From positions 1,696,001 to 1,760,000 of the forward strand of contig OZ219816.1 in NCBI GenBank assembly GCA_964291235.2: DNA of 64,000 nucleotides. The letters run 5' to 3'. The DNA comes from Vicinamibacteria bacterium. GTDB lineage: Bacteria > Acidobacteriota > Vicinamibacteria > Marinacidobacterales > Marinacidobacteraceae. Position 1 is the first letter of the stretch. The number at the start of each line of letters is the position of its first letter. The notes beneath the pieces were generated by a model that worked only from the letters and a program-made list of their open reading frames with translations, did not search any database and was not told the DNA's origin. The position numbers were made by a program, and so were the translations under genes. Shown one piece after another: positions 1 to 9,107 of the stretch.

Positions 1-1116
1 GACCAGCATCGAGAGCGGAATGACCGCGGCCACGATGAGCGCCGCCCGGACATCGCGCAGGAATAGGAAGAGGACCACGATGACCAGCAGGCAGCCCTCG
101 ATGAGGTTCCGGCGCACAGTGGCCGAGGTGCGGTCGATGACCTCGCTCTGGTCGTAGAACGGCTCGATGTCCATCCCCGGCGGCAATCCGGTCAGGATCT
201 CGGACATCCGCGCCTTGACCAGGTCGGATACCTCAAGCGCGTTCTCGCCCTTGAGCATGACCACCATGCCGCTCGTGACCTCGCCCTCGCCGCCCGCGGT
301 GACGGCGCCGTTCCGCTGCATCGCCCCCGTTCCGATCTCGGCGATGTCGGAGAGGAGCACCGGCACCCCGTCGTCGGCGCGCACCACCACCCGTTCGAGA
401 TCCCCGGGTCCGGTGAACAGGCCGATCCCCCGCACGGTGTAGCGCTCGTCGCGCGCTTCGATGAACCCGCCGCTGAACGCCCGGTTGCTGTCCCCGATGG
501 CGTGGAAGACCTCCCGCAGGGTGAGGTCAAATTCCTCGAGCGCCTCCGGCCGGACGACCACCTCGATCTGCCGGGTGAGGCCGCCCCACGAGTTCACCTC
601 GCTCACCCCCGGGACCGAGCGGAGCCGGGTGCGCACCTCCCAGTCGTGGATCGTCTTGTTCGCCATCGGGTCGTCGCCGGTGACGACGTACTGGTAGATC
701 TCGCCGAACGCGGTAGCGGGGGGACCCAGGGTGGGTTCGAGCCCGGCGGGCAGCTGCCCACGGACCTCGGTCAGCCGCTCGGTCACGAGCTGCCGCGCGA
801 GGTACATCGGCACCGCGTCGTCGAAGACGACGGTGACCAGCGAGAGCCCGAACTTGGAGACCGACCGTACCTCTTCGGCGTCCGGCACTCCCATGAGGGC
901 CGTCTCGATGGGATAGGAGACCTGCTGCTCGACCTCCGGGGCGCCCAGGCTCGGGGCTTCGGTGATGACGACCACCTGGTTGTTCGTCAGGTCGGGGAAC
1001 GCCTCCACGGGGAGGTTCCAAAGCGCCGCCGTCCCGATGAGCGCGAGTGCGGCCACGAACACCAAGACCAGGGCGCGCCGGCCCGTGGCGGCGGCGACGA
1101 AGCGCTCGACCAGCAA
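1..1116 (-). CDS. CusA/CzcA-family heavy-metal RND efflux permease, 5' part (runs off window start; absent from ORF track)
   Basis: Manual translation from TTG at 1116: MLVERFVAAATGRRALV...LPVEAFPDLTNNQVVVITEAPSLGAPEVEQQVSYPIETALMG...RSVSKFGLSLVTVVF...GEIYQY...FYDQSEVIDRTSATVRRNLIEG, typical of the CzcA N-terminus; lies directly downstream of the MFP gene. Confidence 0.93.
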   Translation of the reverse strand, partial: MLVERFVAAATGRRALVLVFVAALALIGTAALWNLPVEAFPDLTNNQVVVITEAPSLGAPEVEQQVSYPIETALMGVPDAEEVRSVSKFGLSLVTVVFDDAVPMYLARQLVTERLTEVRGQLPAGLEPTLGPPATAFGEIYQYVVTGDDPMANKTIHDWEVRTRLRSVPGVSEVNSWGGLTRQIEVVVRPEALEEFDLTLREVFHAIGDSNRAFSGGFIEARDERYTVRGIGLFTGPGDLERVVVRADDGVPVLLSDIAEIGTGAMQRNGAVTAGGEGEVTSGMVVMLKGENALEVSDLVKARMSEILTGLPPGMDIEPFYDQSEVIDRTSATVRRNLIEGCLLVIVVLFLFLRDVRAALIVAAVIPLSMLV

Positions 1117-1120
1117 ACGG

Positions 1121-2317
1121 CTACTCCTCTTCGGGGAGGCCGATCAGGGCCGACTTGAGCAGGAAGGCCCCCTCGGTGGCGACCACTTCGCCCGCCGCCA
1201 GGCCCTCGATGATCTCGACGTCACCGTCGAAGGAGGCGCCGGTGACCACCGGGCGCCGCCGGAACTCCCCGGGGCCGGCCTCGACGAAGACCACCGACTC
1301 GCCGGCGAGTTCCTGCACGGCGTCCGCCGGCGCCACCAGCAGGCTCCGCGGGGTGCCGGAAGCGACCGTCAGTCTCGCGAACATCTCGGGTTTGAGACGG
1401 CCGTCCCGGTTGTCCGCCTCGGCCCGGATCGTCACCCGGCGGGTGTCCGGATTGATCACGTCGCCGATGGTGGTGAGCGTGGCGGAGAAGACCTCATCCG
1501 GCCACGCTTCCACCCGGAACTCGACGGGCTCCGGCGCCGAAAGGCGATGGAGGTCGGTTTCCGGGACCTCGGCGGTGATCCAGACGCTCGACAGGTCCGA
1601 AACCACTACCAGCGGCGTCCCCAGGGTAACCGCCTCGCCCGGCGAGGCGCGCCGCTCGATGACGGCGCCGCCGAACGGCGCGCGCACGGGGACGTGCTCG
1701 TTTTCGCGCGGGTCGGCGTCCGGGCTGGGGGTGAGGCCGTAGTGCAGGAGATCCTGCTCGGTCCGCCCGACATCGGCTTGGGCGGCAGCGAGTTCTTCCT
1801 CGGCCGCGCCCAGATCGGCGCGAGCCCGTTCGAGTTCCTGCTCCGCGAGCGCCTTGTCGGCCACCAGCCGCTCGGCGCGCGCCGTGGCGGTCCGCGCGTA
1901 GCTCAATCCGGCCTCGGCGTGCTGTCGGCGGGCCGCCGCCGTGAAGTACTCGGCCCAGACGTCGTGGATCTGATGGCTGAGAATGAGCGCCAGCACCGCG
2001 CCGGCCTCGACCCGGTCTCCCGGTTGGACCAGCACTTCGGCGACCACGCCGTCCACGATGGCACCCGGACGAGCGGTGCGCCGCTCGTCGAGGTTCACCA
2101 CCCCGAGGGCTTCGAGCGCATCCGTCCGGGTCACCTCCCGCACCGTGGCGGTCGTGATCCCCGCCGCCTCACGCCCCGCCGCGGTCATGGTGACGACGCC
2201 GGTAGCGGAATCGGCAGTGGCCGGCGACGAAGATGGGGCTTCGGGGGCGTCGCCGCAGGCGAGCCCGAGCAGAAGGAGCGGGAGCAAAGGGGCGCGGGTC
2301 ATGGCAGCGCTGGTCAT
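1121..2317 (-). CDS. RND efflux periplasmic adaptor (CzcB/CusB-like MFP), lipoprotein
   Basis: Lipobox LGLAC, VRAPFGGAVIER, DLSSVWITAEVPE, NPDTRRVTIRAE, LKPEMFAR; sits between OMF and permease. Confidence 0.92.
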   Translation of the reverse strand: MTSAAMTRAPLLPLLLLGLACGDAPEAPSSSPATADSATGVVTMTAAGREAAGITTATVREVTRTDALEALGVVNLDERRTARPGAIVDGVVAEVLVQPGDRVEAGAVLALILSHQIHDVWAEYFTAAARRQHAEAGLSYARTATARAERLVADKALAEQELERARADLGAAEEELAAAQADVGRTEQDLLHYGLTPSPDADPRENEHVPVRAPFGGAVIERRASPGEAVTLGTPLVVVSDLSSVWITAEVPETDLHRLSAPEPVEFRVEAWPDEVFSATLTTIGDVINPDTRRVTIRAEADNRDGRLKPEMFARLTVASGTPRSLLVAPADAVQELAGESVVFVEAGPGEFRRRPVVTGASFDGDVEIIEGLAAGEVVATEGAFLLKSALIGLPEEE

Positions 2318-3552
2318 GGCAGGGGCGCCTCCCCGAGCGCCAGCCGGGCCGCGACGGCGGCGGCAAGCGCTTCGATCCGGATGTCGTTCGCGAGGAGCCG
2401 GGCGCCGGCGAAGGCGCGCTCGGCATCCACCACCCGGAGGGGGTCGGCCGTGCCGAGGTCGAATGCGGACCTCATTGCGGTGCGCGCGATGGTAGCGGGG
2501 TCAACGAGTTGGGCGTCCGCCCCGCTCGCCGCCTCGGCCAGCCGCCGGGCGGTTCGGAGGGCGGCCGTCGCGTCCGCCTCCGCGCGCCGGGTGACGAAGT
2601 CCCGTTCGAGTTCCGCGGCGCGGACCTCTCCGCGGGCGAGTGCCGTGGCCACCTGGTTGCGGTCAAAGAACGGGAGGCCCACTCCGATTACCAGGACGCC
2701 GGTGTTCTGGTCGAGAGTGCGCTTCAGTCCGCCGCGCACCGTCAGGTCCGGGACCCGGAGGGAGTTCTGGAGGTTGAGCCCGCGTTCGGCGGTCTCGACC
2801 CGCGTCGCGGCGGAACGGACGTCGGGCCGGGCGGCCGCCACCTCCGCGGCGAGCGCCTGCGCCTCACCGGCCGGCAGCGGCACCGGGCCGGGCCGGACGA
2901 GCGCCACCGCCGTGGCTCCCTCCGGCAGGCCGGCTAGCGCCTGGAGATCGAGAAACGCCCGATCGGTCGCCGCCTCGGCCCGAGTCAGAGCGATGGCGAC
3001 AGCGGTGGCTTCGGCGGCAAGCCGGGCGCGATCAGCGTCCGGCGCGAACCCCTCGGCCACCCGGCGTTCGAGGACGCGGACCAGTTCGTCGAGCGCGTCA
3101 CGCTGTTCCGCCAGGATCGCCGCCTGATCGCGGAGGCGGACGGTTTCGAGGAAACGCCCGGCCAGTTCTCCTTCTATCGCCCGCATGGCGGCGAAGGCAT
3201 CGGCCCGGGCCGCCTCCGCGCCGGCCAGCGCCGCTCCTTTCCGCGCGCCCCGCTTGCCGCCGAGTTCGAGCCGCTGGGTGACGGTAACGAAGCTGTCGTA
3301 GGGAAGGCCCGGCGATGGAGCGCCCCAGTTCTCGCTCTGGAACTCGAGAGCCGGGTCGGTCCAGCGCCCGGCCACTCCCGCGGCGGCGACTGCCGCCTGC
3401 TCGCGAGACCGCGCCGCCGCGATCCGGGGTGACTGGCCCCGTCCGGCCGCCAGCACTTCGGCCAGCGTGATGGGCTCCGGCGCCGGACCTTCCTGGGCGA
3501 CTGCCGGAGCCGCGCCCAGGAGCCAGGCGGCCAGGAGAACGGTGCTGCGCAT
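2314..3552 (-). CDS. TolC/CzcC-family outer membrane efflux protein
   Basis: Start moved to ATG 3552 (MRSTVLLAAWLLGAAPAVAQ signal peptide); QRLELGGKRGAR and GLPFFDRNQ OEP motifs; ATGA overlap with the MFP gene. Confidence 0.88.
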   Translation of the reverse strand: MRSTVLLAAWLLGAAPAVAQEGPAPEPITLAEVLAAGRGQSPRIAAARSREQAAVAAAGVAGRWTDPALEFQSENWGAPSPGLPYDSFVTVTQRLELGGKRGARKGAALAGAEAARADAFAAMRAIEGELAGRFLETVRLRDQAAILAEQRDALDELVRVLERRVAEGFAPDADRARLAAEATAVAIALTRAEAATDRAFLDLQALAGLPEGATAVALVRPGPVPLPAGEAQALAAEVAAARPDVRSAATRVETAERGLNLQNSLRVPDLTVRGGLKRTLDQNTGVLVIGVGLPFFDRNQVATALARGEVRAAELERDFVTRRAEADATAALRTARRLAEAASGADAQLVDPATIARTAMRSAFDLGTADPLRVVDAERAFAGARLLANDIRIEALAAAVAARLALGEAPLP

Positions 3553-3648
3553 GTCGGCCTCCTCGTATCGGGGCGGGAGCCTACCCGCAGCCTTGGTCCG
3601 GCGGGCACCTTGAGGTCCCGGGTCCGACCGGGCAGACTTCAACCGCCC

Positions 3649-4176
3649 ATGCCCAACGGCGGATCCGACTGCTGCGGAACCTGCTGGTTCAATCGGGCCA
3701 ACCGCGGCAGGGCCGGCAGCGTCAATCACGACCACTCGGTCCCATCGCATTGCGAGATCCGCGACCTGCCAATCGAGGATCCCTTCTACACCTACTGCGC
3801 GAACCATCCCTATCGCCGCCCGGATCGGGATCCCGTCCCCATCGGGCCGATCCTGCGCCCGGGGCCCGTCACCGCCGAAACCCCGGAAATCGAACCCATC
3901 GTCCTCGACACCGGCACGGAGTGGTCCGCCCGGGTCGTCTGGAGGCGCTCTCCGGATACCGAAGAGATCCGGGAACACCTGCTGGCGCTGCTGATCGACC
4001 TCGGACGGGAGTCCGCAAAGGACACTTACATCGCGACTCCCGACCTGGCGGCTGCCGTCATCTGGCAACTCGGCGAGTTTCGCGAGGACCGCGCCGTGCC
4101 GGCGCTGCTGTGCATCCTCGAACACGAGGACTATCCCCTGGCCGGGCAGGCCCTCGCCAGGATCCGGGGCGGTTGA
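3649..4176 (+). CDS. Hypothetical protein with N-terminal Cys/His cluster and C-terminal HEAT-like repeat
   Basis: MPNGGSDCCGTCWFN...HCEIR...YTYCANHP; C-terminal AAVIWQLGEFREDRAVPALL resembles a HEAT repeat. Confidence 0.65.
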   Translation: MPNGGSDCCGTCWFNRANRGRAGSVNHDHSVPSHCEIRDLPIEDPFYTYCANHPYRRPDRDPVPIGPILRPGPVTAETPEIEPIVLDTGTEWSARVVWRRSPDTEEIREHLLALLIDLGRESAKDTYIATPDLAAAVIWQLGEFREDRAVPALLCILEHEDYPLAGQALARIRGG

Positions 4177-4237
4177 GCGCTCGCGGCGGGCGCCGGGAGG
4201 ACGGGAAAGCTGGACGACGCGCTCAGGTCGCGGCCGT

Positions 4238-5923
4238 TCAGTGATGCTCGCGCAGGCAGTAAAGGATTTCCTGCATCACCCGGCAGTCCACCTCGTTGTA
4301 CTCCTCGATCTCCAGCATCAACCCGGTGTCTGCCAGGCGGACCCCCTTGCGCTGCGCCTCCTCGTCCGAGCGCCAGGCGCCGACCATCGCCCCCTGTCCA
4401 TCCACCTTCGAGTCACCCCACGAGGTCTCGATGAGTCCGCGCTCGTGGAGGGCGTTGGCGACCGCCTTGAGTCCCAGGCCGTGCGCGCCGCAGACGAAGA
4501 CCGGCTGGGCCTTGAAGACCCTCTTGTGGAGGTCGAAAAAATCGAGATCGAGCCACCCTTCGTCCGGGTGACGTGCTCTCGCTGAGTCATACCATCCGCG
4601 TTCCGCATCGCTCCAGTGGAAGACCGGGGGGTCTTGGACGCCGAAACGACGACCCAGCTCGTCCATATGGTCGAGCCAGGCCTCGACGATCCGCGCCTCG
4701 CCGTCGGCGTCGAGCCGCTCTGCGACAAAGCACCGGAACTGCCAGGCGCCGTCCTCGACGTGGCCGCAGCCGATCATGAAGATCATCGCCTGACCGCCCG
4801 CCTGCGGGAAGGCGCCGAAGTCGTCGTTCAGATCGTTCACCGTCTCGAAGTCACAGAAGAACTCGAGCGGCGGGCTCTCGCGCCACCGCTCCTCCTCGAC
4901 GGTGACCCTCTCCGGCAACAGGGCCGGTCGCGACAGGGCAGGCCCCGGCGGGTCTGCGTGGATCGGTTCCCGACGCTCGCGGCCGATGGAACTGATGGCA
5001 TCGCTCCACGGCGCCGACGGCTTCCCCCGAGGCTCAAGTTCGGGCACCGACGGCTCGGGCAGCGGGCTCCAGCCCCCTCCCTCGCGGCGCAGCCTGCGGA
5101 TCCAGTCGGCGGCCTCGGTCGTTCTCTCACGGAGAACGTCGCCCATGGAAACCGGGCCGAGCCGCTCCACGGCAACGCCACTCCGCATCTCGAACTTCTG
5201 CTTCTTGCGGGTGTACGTGTGTTCGTAGCCGCGCCCGATCAAGAAGGCCCGGGGCGGCGCGTAGCCCTGGAGGCGACCGAGCGCCGCGTTATAGACGAAG
5301 AGCTGTCCCTTGTAGGCGGGCGTCGAAGAGCCCTGGTTGAGCACGCTCTTGCGACCCTTCCCCAAGTGGAGCTTCGCAAACTTGGCATCCAGGACGAGGT
5401 AGTGCCACGGCCGATCCAGCTCCGGGGCCGGCCGCTCTCCCTCCCCCGGCTCCAAGTGATCGGGAAACAGCCGGTCGAACACATCGGAGCGGACCAGGAA
5501 ATCGGGCGCTCCGTAGGTGCGGTCTTCCGGGTTCCAGAGGACCCCCTGGTGGACGATCTCGCGCCCATCCGCCAACGCGGCGACGGTCTTCTTCGCCGAG
5601 TCGAGGTCCTGGCTGTCGAGCCCGGAAGCCCCGATTCGGACGAGATCGCTGCGGCCGGCAAGCCAGGCGGCCACCGCGTCTTCGAACGCGACGCCCCGGT
5701 CTCGGACGAAGCGGAAGAAGTCCAGCCGCTCGTCGTACCCGGGACGGGCGCTGTCGCGCTGGAATCCATTGGCCTCGCCGTAGAGCTCCAACCAATCCCC
5801 GAGGGTGTTCTTCAGCAGATACCCGCGAAGCTTCGTGGCGGATACCCACGCGCCCCAATCCCCGCGCGTCCGCGGCGTCACGTCGTTGCCGGCGTCGTCG
5901 TGCGTCAGGTTGGAGAACTTCAC
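4238..5923 (-). CDS. TM0106-family RecB-like nuclease with C-terminal RNase H-like (YprB/RNase_H_2) domain
   Basis: G-x-PDFLVR...VLDAK...QLFVY (PD-(D/E)xK-like) plus FCDFET, FHWSDAE, DLHKRVF, GLKAVA, YNEVDC DEDD-type motifs. Confidence 0.8.
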   Translation of the reverse strand: MKFSNLTHDDAGNDVTPRTRGDWGAWVSATKLRGYLLKNTLGDWLELYGEANGFQRDSARPGYDERLDFFRFVRDRGVAFEDAVAAWLAGRSDLVRIGASGLDSQDLDSAKKTVAALADGREIVHQGVLWNPEDRTYGAPDFLVRSDVFDRLFPDHLEPGEGERPAPELDRPWHYLVLDAKFAKLHLGKGRKSVLNQGSSTPAYKGQLFVYNAALGRLQGYAPPRAFLIGRGYEHTYTRKKQKFEMRSGVAVERLGPVSMGDVLRERTTEAADWIRRLRREGGGWSPLPEPSVPELEPRGKPSAPWSDAISSIGRERREPIHADPPGPALSRPALLPERVTVEEERWRESPPLEFFCDFETVNDLNDDFGAFPQAGGQAMIFMIGCGHVEDGAWQFRCFVAERLDADGEARIVEAWLDHMDELGRRFGVQDPPVFHWSDAERGWYDSARARHPDEGWLDLDFFDLHKRVFKAQPVFVCGAHGLGLKAVANALHERGLIETSWGDSKVDGQGAMVGAWRSDEEAQRKGVRLADTGLMLEIEEYNEVDCRVMQEILYCLREHH

Positions 5924-6003
5924 TTCGTCACCTTACAGGAGATGACAGCACCCGGAGGGACCACCACGTCACCCGCGGTCGCCGGACAATGGCCGGTGCG
6001 AAA

Positions 6004-6369
6004 TGACCATGGCTTCCGGCCGGATTGACCATGGCTCGGGGTCGTCTGCCGGGTTTTTGACCGGAGTTCCCGATCGCCCATTCCGGCTCCTTCGCGATAC
6101 CGGTTCCGGAACCGGAATCCGGGGAATACCGGCCGGAAATGCCGAATCCGGGCCGGAAATAGCCGGTATTTCGAGGCTGTGGGCCGGTTTCGGCCGGAAA
6201 CCGAAAAATCCACGAATTCGGTCTCCGGAAGCCCGAATTCCGCCTTTGACCATGGCTTTCGGGGCAAATTCGAGGTTTGACCATGGCTCGGACGCCGTTT
6301 GACCATGGTTCCGGCATTTGACCATGGCTCCGACCTTTGACCATGGCTCCCGCGTTTGACCAAGGCTCT
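6004..6369. repeat. Array of 8 direct repeats with core TGACCATGGCT (iteron/operator-like)
   Basis: Cores start at 6004, 6026, 6247, 6278, 6300, 6319, 6338 and 6357; last four at 19-bp period; single-base variants at 6300 and 6357. Confidence 0.9.
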
Positions 6370-6402
6370 CCGAAAAGGTCGCCGGGCCGCGACGCTGATC
6401 GT

Positions 6403-7290
6403 TCAGGCGCCGGCGCCGTACGCCTGGTCCGGGTGACTCCGGTTGCCGGGATAGCGGAGCCGGAGCTGGCCGGATTTCAGCAGCGGCCGGAGGTGGCGCT
6501 TTTGCAGGTTGCTCGCGTCCATCCCGAGCCAGTCCGCGAGATCGCCCACCGTCGTCCATTCTCGATCCGCGCAGATGTCCAGGATGAGCTGGCGGAGCGG
6601 TTTCGAGCGCTTTCGCTTTCCGAGGGCGCGGATGCGGTCCCGGAAGACCTCGGGGAGTTCGCCGCCCAGATCGGCCTTGTCGGGTTCGTCGCTCTCCGGA
6701 ACGACCGCGGACGGCGGGAGGATGGCGGGTGCGCGCCGCGGCAACCGGTGGCGGGGGCGAACTTCGATTTTCGGCTTCGGCTCGGAGACACGCCGCGCCC
6801 GGCGCCCCGGTTCACCGTCGTCACCTACCAACGAAACGAGGCCCTCCCCGAGGTCCTCCACCCCCTCGGCCACATCCCCGGAGCGCGTCCCGATCCGGAC
6901 CGCGTCCTTCCCGAAACGCCGCATTCCCTCGCCGATGCGACGGAGCCTCACGCCCCCGGCGTCACGGCGGTCCCTGCCCCAGGCACTGACTTTGCCGCCG
7001 ATCTCTCCCGCCGCCTGCCCGACCTTGACGGCGCCCTCGGACACGCGGACCGCGGTGTTCCCCGCCTTCTCGATGCCGCGGGCGATGGGGCCGGCGTTCT
7101 GGTCGAGCCATTTCCAAGTGGCCTGAAGGCCGCGTCCGATCGCGCGCACCCAGAGCCAGACGCCCCGGAAGAAGGGGTGGCGGAAGAAGCGCCGGACGGC
7201 GCCCATCCCGGGCGGGTCGCCGGGCCGGCGCGCGGGGGCCTGCGGCGCATTCCCTGGCGCTGGGGTTTTTTCTTCGTGGTGCAGGGTCAA
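6403..7290 (-). CDS. Hypothetical protein with C-terminal winged-HTH (Fic/RecG-like C-terminal domain)
   Basis: C-terminus LRQLILDICADREWTTVGDLADWLGMDASNLQKRHLRPLLKSGQLRLRYPGNRSHPDQAY matches the wHTH that ends many RecG-like/Fic regulators; true start uncertain. Confidence 0.65.
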   Translation of the reverse strand: MTLHHEEKTPAPGNAPQAPARRPGDPPGMGAVRRFFRHPFFRGVWLWVRAIGRGLQATWKWLDQNAGPIARGIEKAGNTAVRVSEGAVKVGQAAGEIGGKVSAWGRDRRDAGGVRLRRIGEGMRRFGKDAVRIGTRSGDVAEGVEDLGEGLVSLVGDDGEPGRRARRVSEPKPKIEVRPRHRLPRRAPAILPPSAVVPESDEPDKADLGGELPEVFRDRIRALGKRKRSKPLRQLILDICADREWTTVGDLADWLGMDASNLQKRHLRPLLKSGQLRLRYPGNRSHPDQAYGAGA

Positions 7291-7532
7291 GAACAGGCGC
7301 CCGGTCTCGGGGACTGTATTCGTAAGTCAAGGTCGCTGCTAGGAGTTTTCGCTGCGCTGTACGCGACCACGCCGGCCTCGGGGGCTGGCCCGGCGTTCGC
7401 GGTGGGGGCTCCCGTGCCAGTGCGCCACCACGGCTGGCGTGGTGCACGCCGAGAGGGGAGCCATCCCGGTCACCGGGAGTCCGTCCCGCCGCCCCGCTTC
7501 GCGGGGCTGCGCCGGTCTGGAGGACGGCGTTG

Positions 7533-7847
7533 CTATACGCGCGTCTCCGCCTCGGGAACCTCCAACAGGCGCTCGCTTCGCCAGACGCGCACGATCGAAA
7601 CGCCGTCCGGCTCACGGCGATAGACGATGCGGAAGGGCGGCCGGATGAGTTCGCGCAGTGAATCCTCGCTGAACTCCGGGACGATTCGTCCGGCATCCGG
7701 CATCTCGCCGAGTAGCTGGATGCTCTTCAGAATCCGCCTGAGGGTCCGCCCACCGGCTTCGGGGGCGCCCTGTTCCGCATACCAGCGTCTCAGTTCTTCC
7801 AGATCCCGGACCGCCGATTCCGCCAGCCGAATGGCCCTCCTCGGCAT
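7533..7847 (-). CDS. Type II toxin, RelE/ParE family
   Basis: AVRDLEEL...PDAGRIVPEF...LRELIRPPFRIVYRR...IVRVWRSER. Confidence 0.88.
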   Translation of the reverse strand: MPRRAIRLAESAVRDLEELRRWYAEQGAPEAGGRTLRRILKSIQLLGEMPDAGRIVPEFSEDSLRELIRPPFRIVYRREPDGVSIVRVWRSERLLEVPEAETRV

Positions 7848-7851
7848 GGAG

Positions 7852-8121
7852 TCAATCGAGACCGAGCCGCGTCACAGCTTCGGCAAACGACAGGTCACGT
7901 CCGGCCTCGAGGTCGGCAAGACCGATCACGACCGCCCGCATGAACTCCCGTTCCTCCGCGGCGGCGTCGAAGTCTGCGACGGACTGGACAACGGCTACGC
8001 CGCGACCCCGGCGGGTCAGGAGAACCGGCCGTCCGGCATCTGTCGCGTGACGAACCACCCGGGCGGGGTTGGTCTTGAGATCGGTGAGCGGAATCACGTC
8101 TTCGGAGAATCTGGTGGTCAT
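7852..8121 (-). CDS. Type II antitoxin, Phd/YefM family
   Basis: EDVIPLTDLKTNPARVVR...PVLLTRRGRGVAVV; ATG 8121 with GAGG RBS; immediately upstream of the toxin. Confidence 0.9.
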   Translation of the reverse strand: MTTRFSEDVIPLTDLKTNPARVVRHATDAGRPVLLTRRGRGVAVVQSVADFDAAAEEREFMRAVVIGLADLEAGRDLSFAEAVTRLGLD

Positions 8122-8131
8122 ATTCGTCCTC

Positions 8132-8152
8132 ACAGGTCTGGCAACAGGTCTG
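8132..8152. promoter_or_regulatory. Direct repeat ACAGGTCTG x2, probable TA autoregulatory operator
   Basis: Copies at 8132-8140 and 8144-8152, just upstream of the antitoxin start. Confidence 0.4.
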
Positions 8153-8360
8153 TAAACCGCACCTATTCATGGCGATTGTAACTCCTCCGGAGGCCAGCCG
8201 CATGCCACCACGACTGCCGTGGCGTACGCCGAGAGGGCAAACATCTTGGCGCTGAGGGTCTCTCCCGCCGCCCGCCTGCGGCGGGCTGTGCCGGCCTGGA
8301 GGCCGGCGTTCCCGTGCGGTCCACGAGCTTCGGGCTCAACGGCGAAACGCGGTTCCGCCG

Positions 8361-9107
8361 TCAGTCGGTGGGGAGTTCGTCCGCGAGGGCGGCGTTCGCG
8401 AGGCGGCTGATCCAGCGGATGAGGTAGAAGGTGGCGCCGAGACCGATGATGGTGAGCGCCGCGGACCAGGAGAAGCTCTCGGTCGCCAGCGTCGCGCCGG
8501 CCTTCGCCGCCGCGCCGAGATGGGCAAAGAAGGACGCTCCGACCGGGACCGCGAGGAAGGAACCCACCGCGTAGTTGCGGAAACGCACGGGGGTCGCGGC
8601 CCAGCCGAAGTTCTGGAACGCGAACGGGAACAGCGGCGACAGCCGGGTGAGGCACACCGTGCGGATACCGGCGCTGCCGAGCGCGGCGAGAATCCGGCTC
8701 GCGGACCGGAACCCCGCGAGCCACCCCACGAGCCAGCGGCGCAGAAACAGCCTGCCGACGCCGAAGGCGGCGAGGGAACCGAAGAAGGTGCCGAGCGTCG
8801 CATAGACCATCCCCGGCCCCAGGCCGAACAGAAATCCCGCGGCGAGGCAGAAGAGCGTGTTCGGCACCGCGAAGGCCACCGCCGCCGCGTGGAGCGCGAT
8901 CAACGCCAGGGGGCTCGTCGGAAGCCACTCCGGCGGTACGAACGGCTCCTCCCCCGCCCCGCCGAAGAGCAGCGGCAACAAGAGGACGTTCAGGACGAAG
9001 AGGGTCCACAGTGCCGGTTGCCAGAAACGGCGAACCAGCCTTCGAACCCCCTTCCTCCCGGAAGCGGGATCGGGCGTCAAAAGCGCTTCGAGGCGTCGCG
9101 GGGCCAA
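8361..9107 (-). CDS. TVP38/TMEM64 (DedA/VTT, SNARE_assoc) membrane protein
   Basis: [11 protein letters not shown]...[10 protein letters not shown]...[16 protein letters not shown] motifs; several TM helices. Confidence 0.88.
   Translation of the reverse strand: MAPRRLEALLTPDPASGRKGVRRLVRRFWQPALWTLFVLNVLLLPLLFGGAGEEPFVPPEWLPTSPLALIALHAAAVAFAVPNTLFCLAAGFLFGLGPGMVYATLGTFFGSLAAFGVGRLFLRRWLVGWLAGFRSASRILAALGSAGIRTVCLTRLSPLFPFAFQNFGWAATPVRFRNYAVGSFLAVPVGASFFAHLGAAAKAGATLATESFSWSAALTIIGLGATFYLIRWISRLANAALADELPTD

Noticed and set aside
6004-6369. Mini-CRISPR, or the ORFs 5920-6363, 5928-6344 and 5969-6559
   Set aside because: Linkers are only ~5-20 bp and the period is not a multiple of 3; the ORFs are low-complexity translations of the repeat
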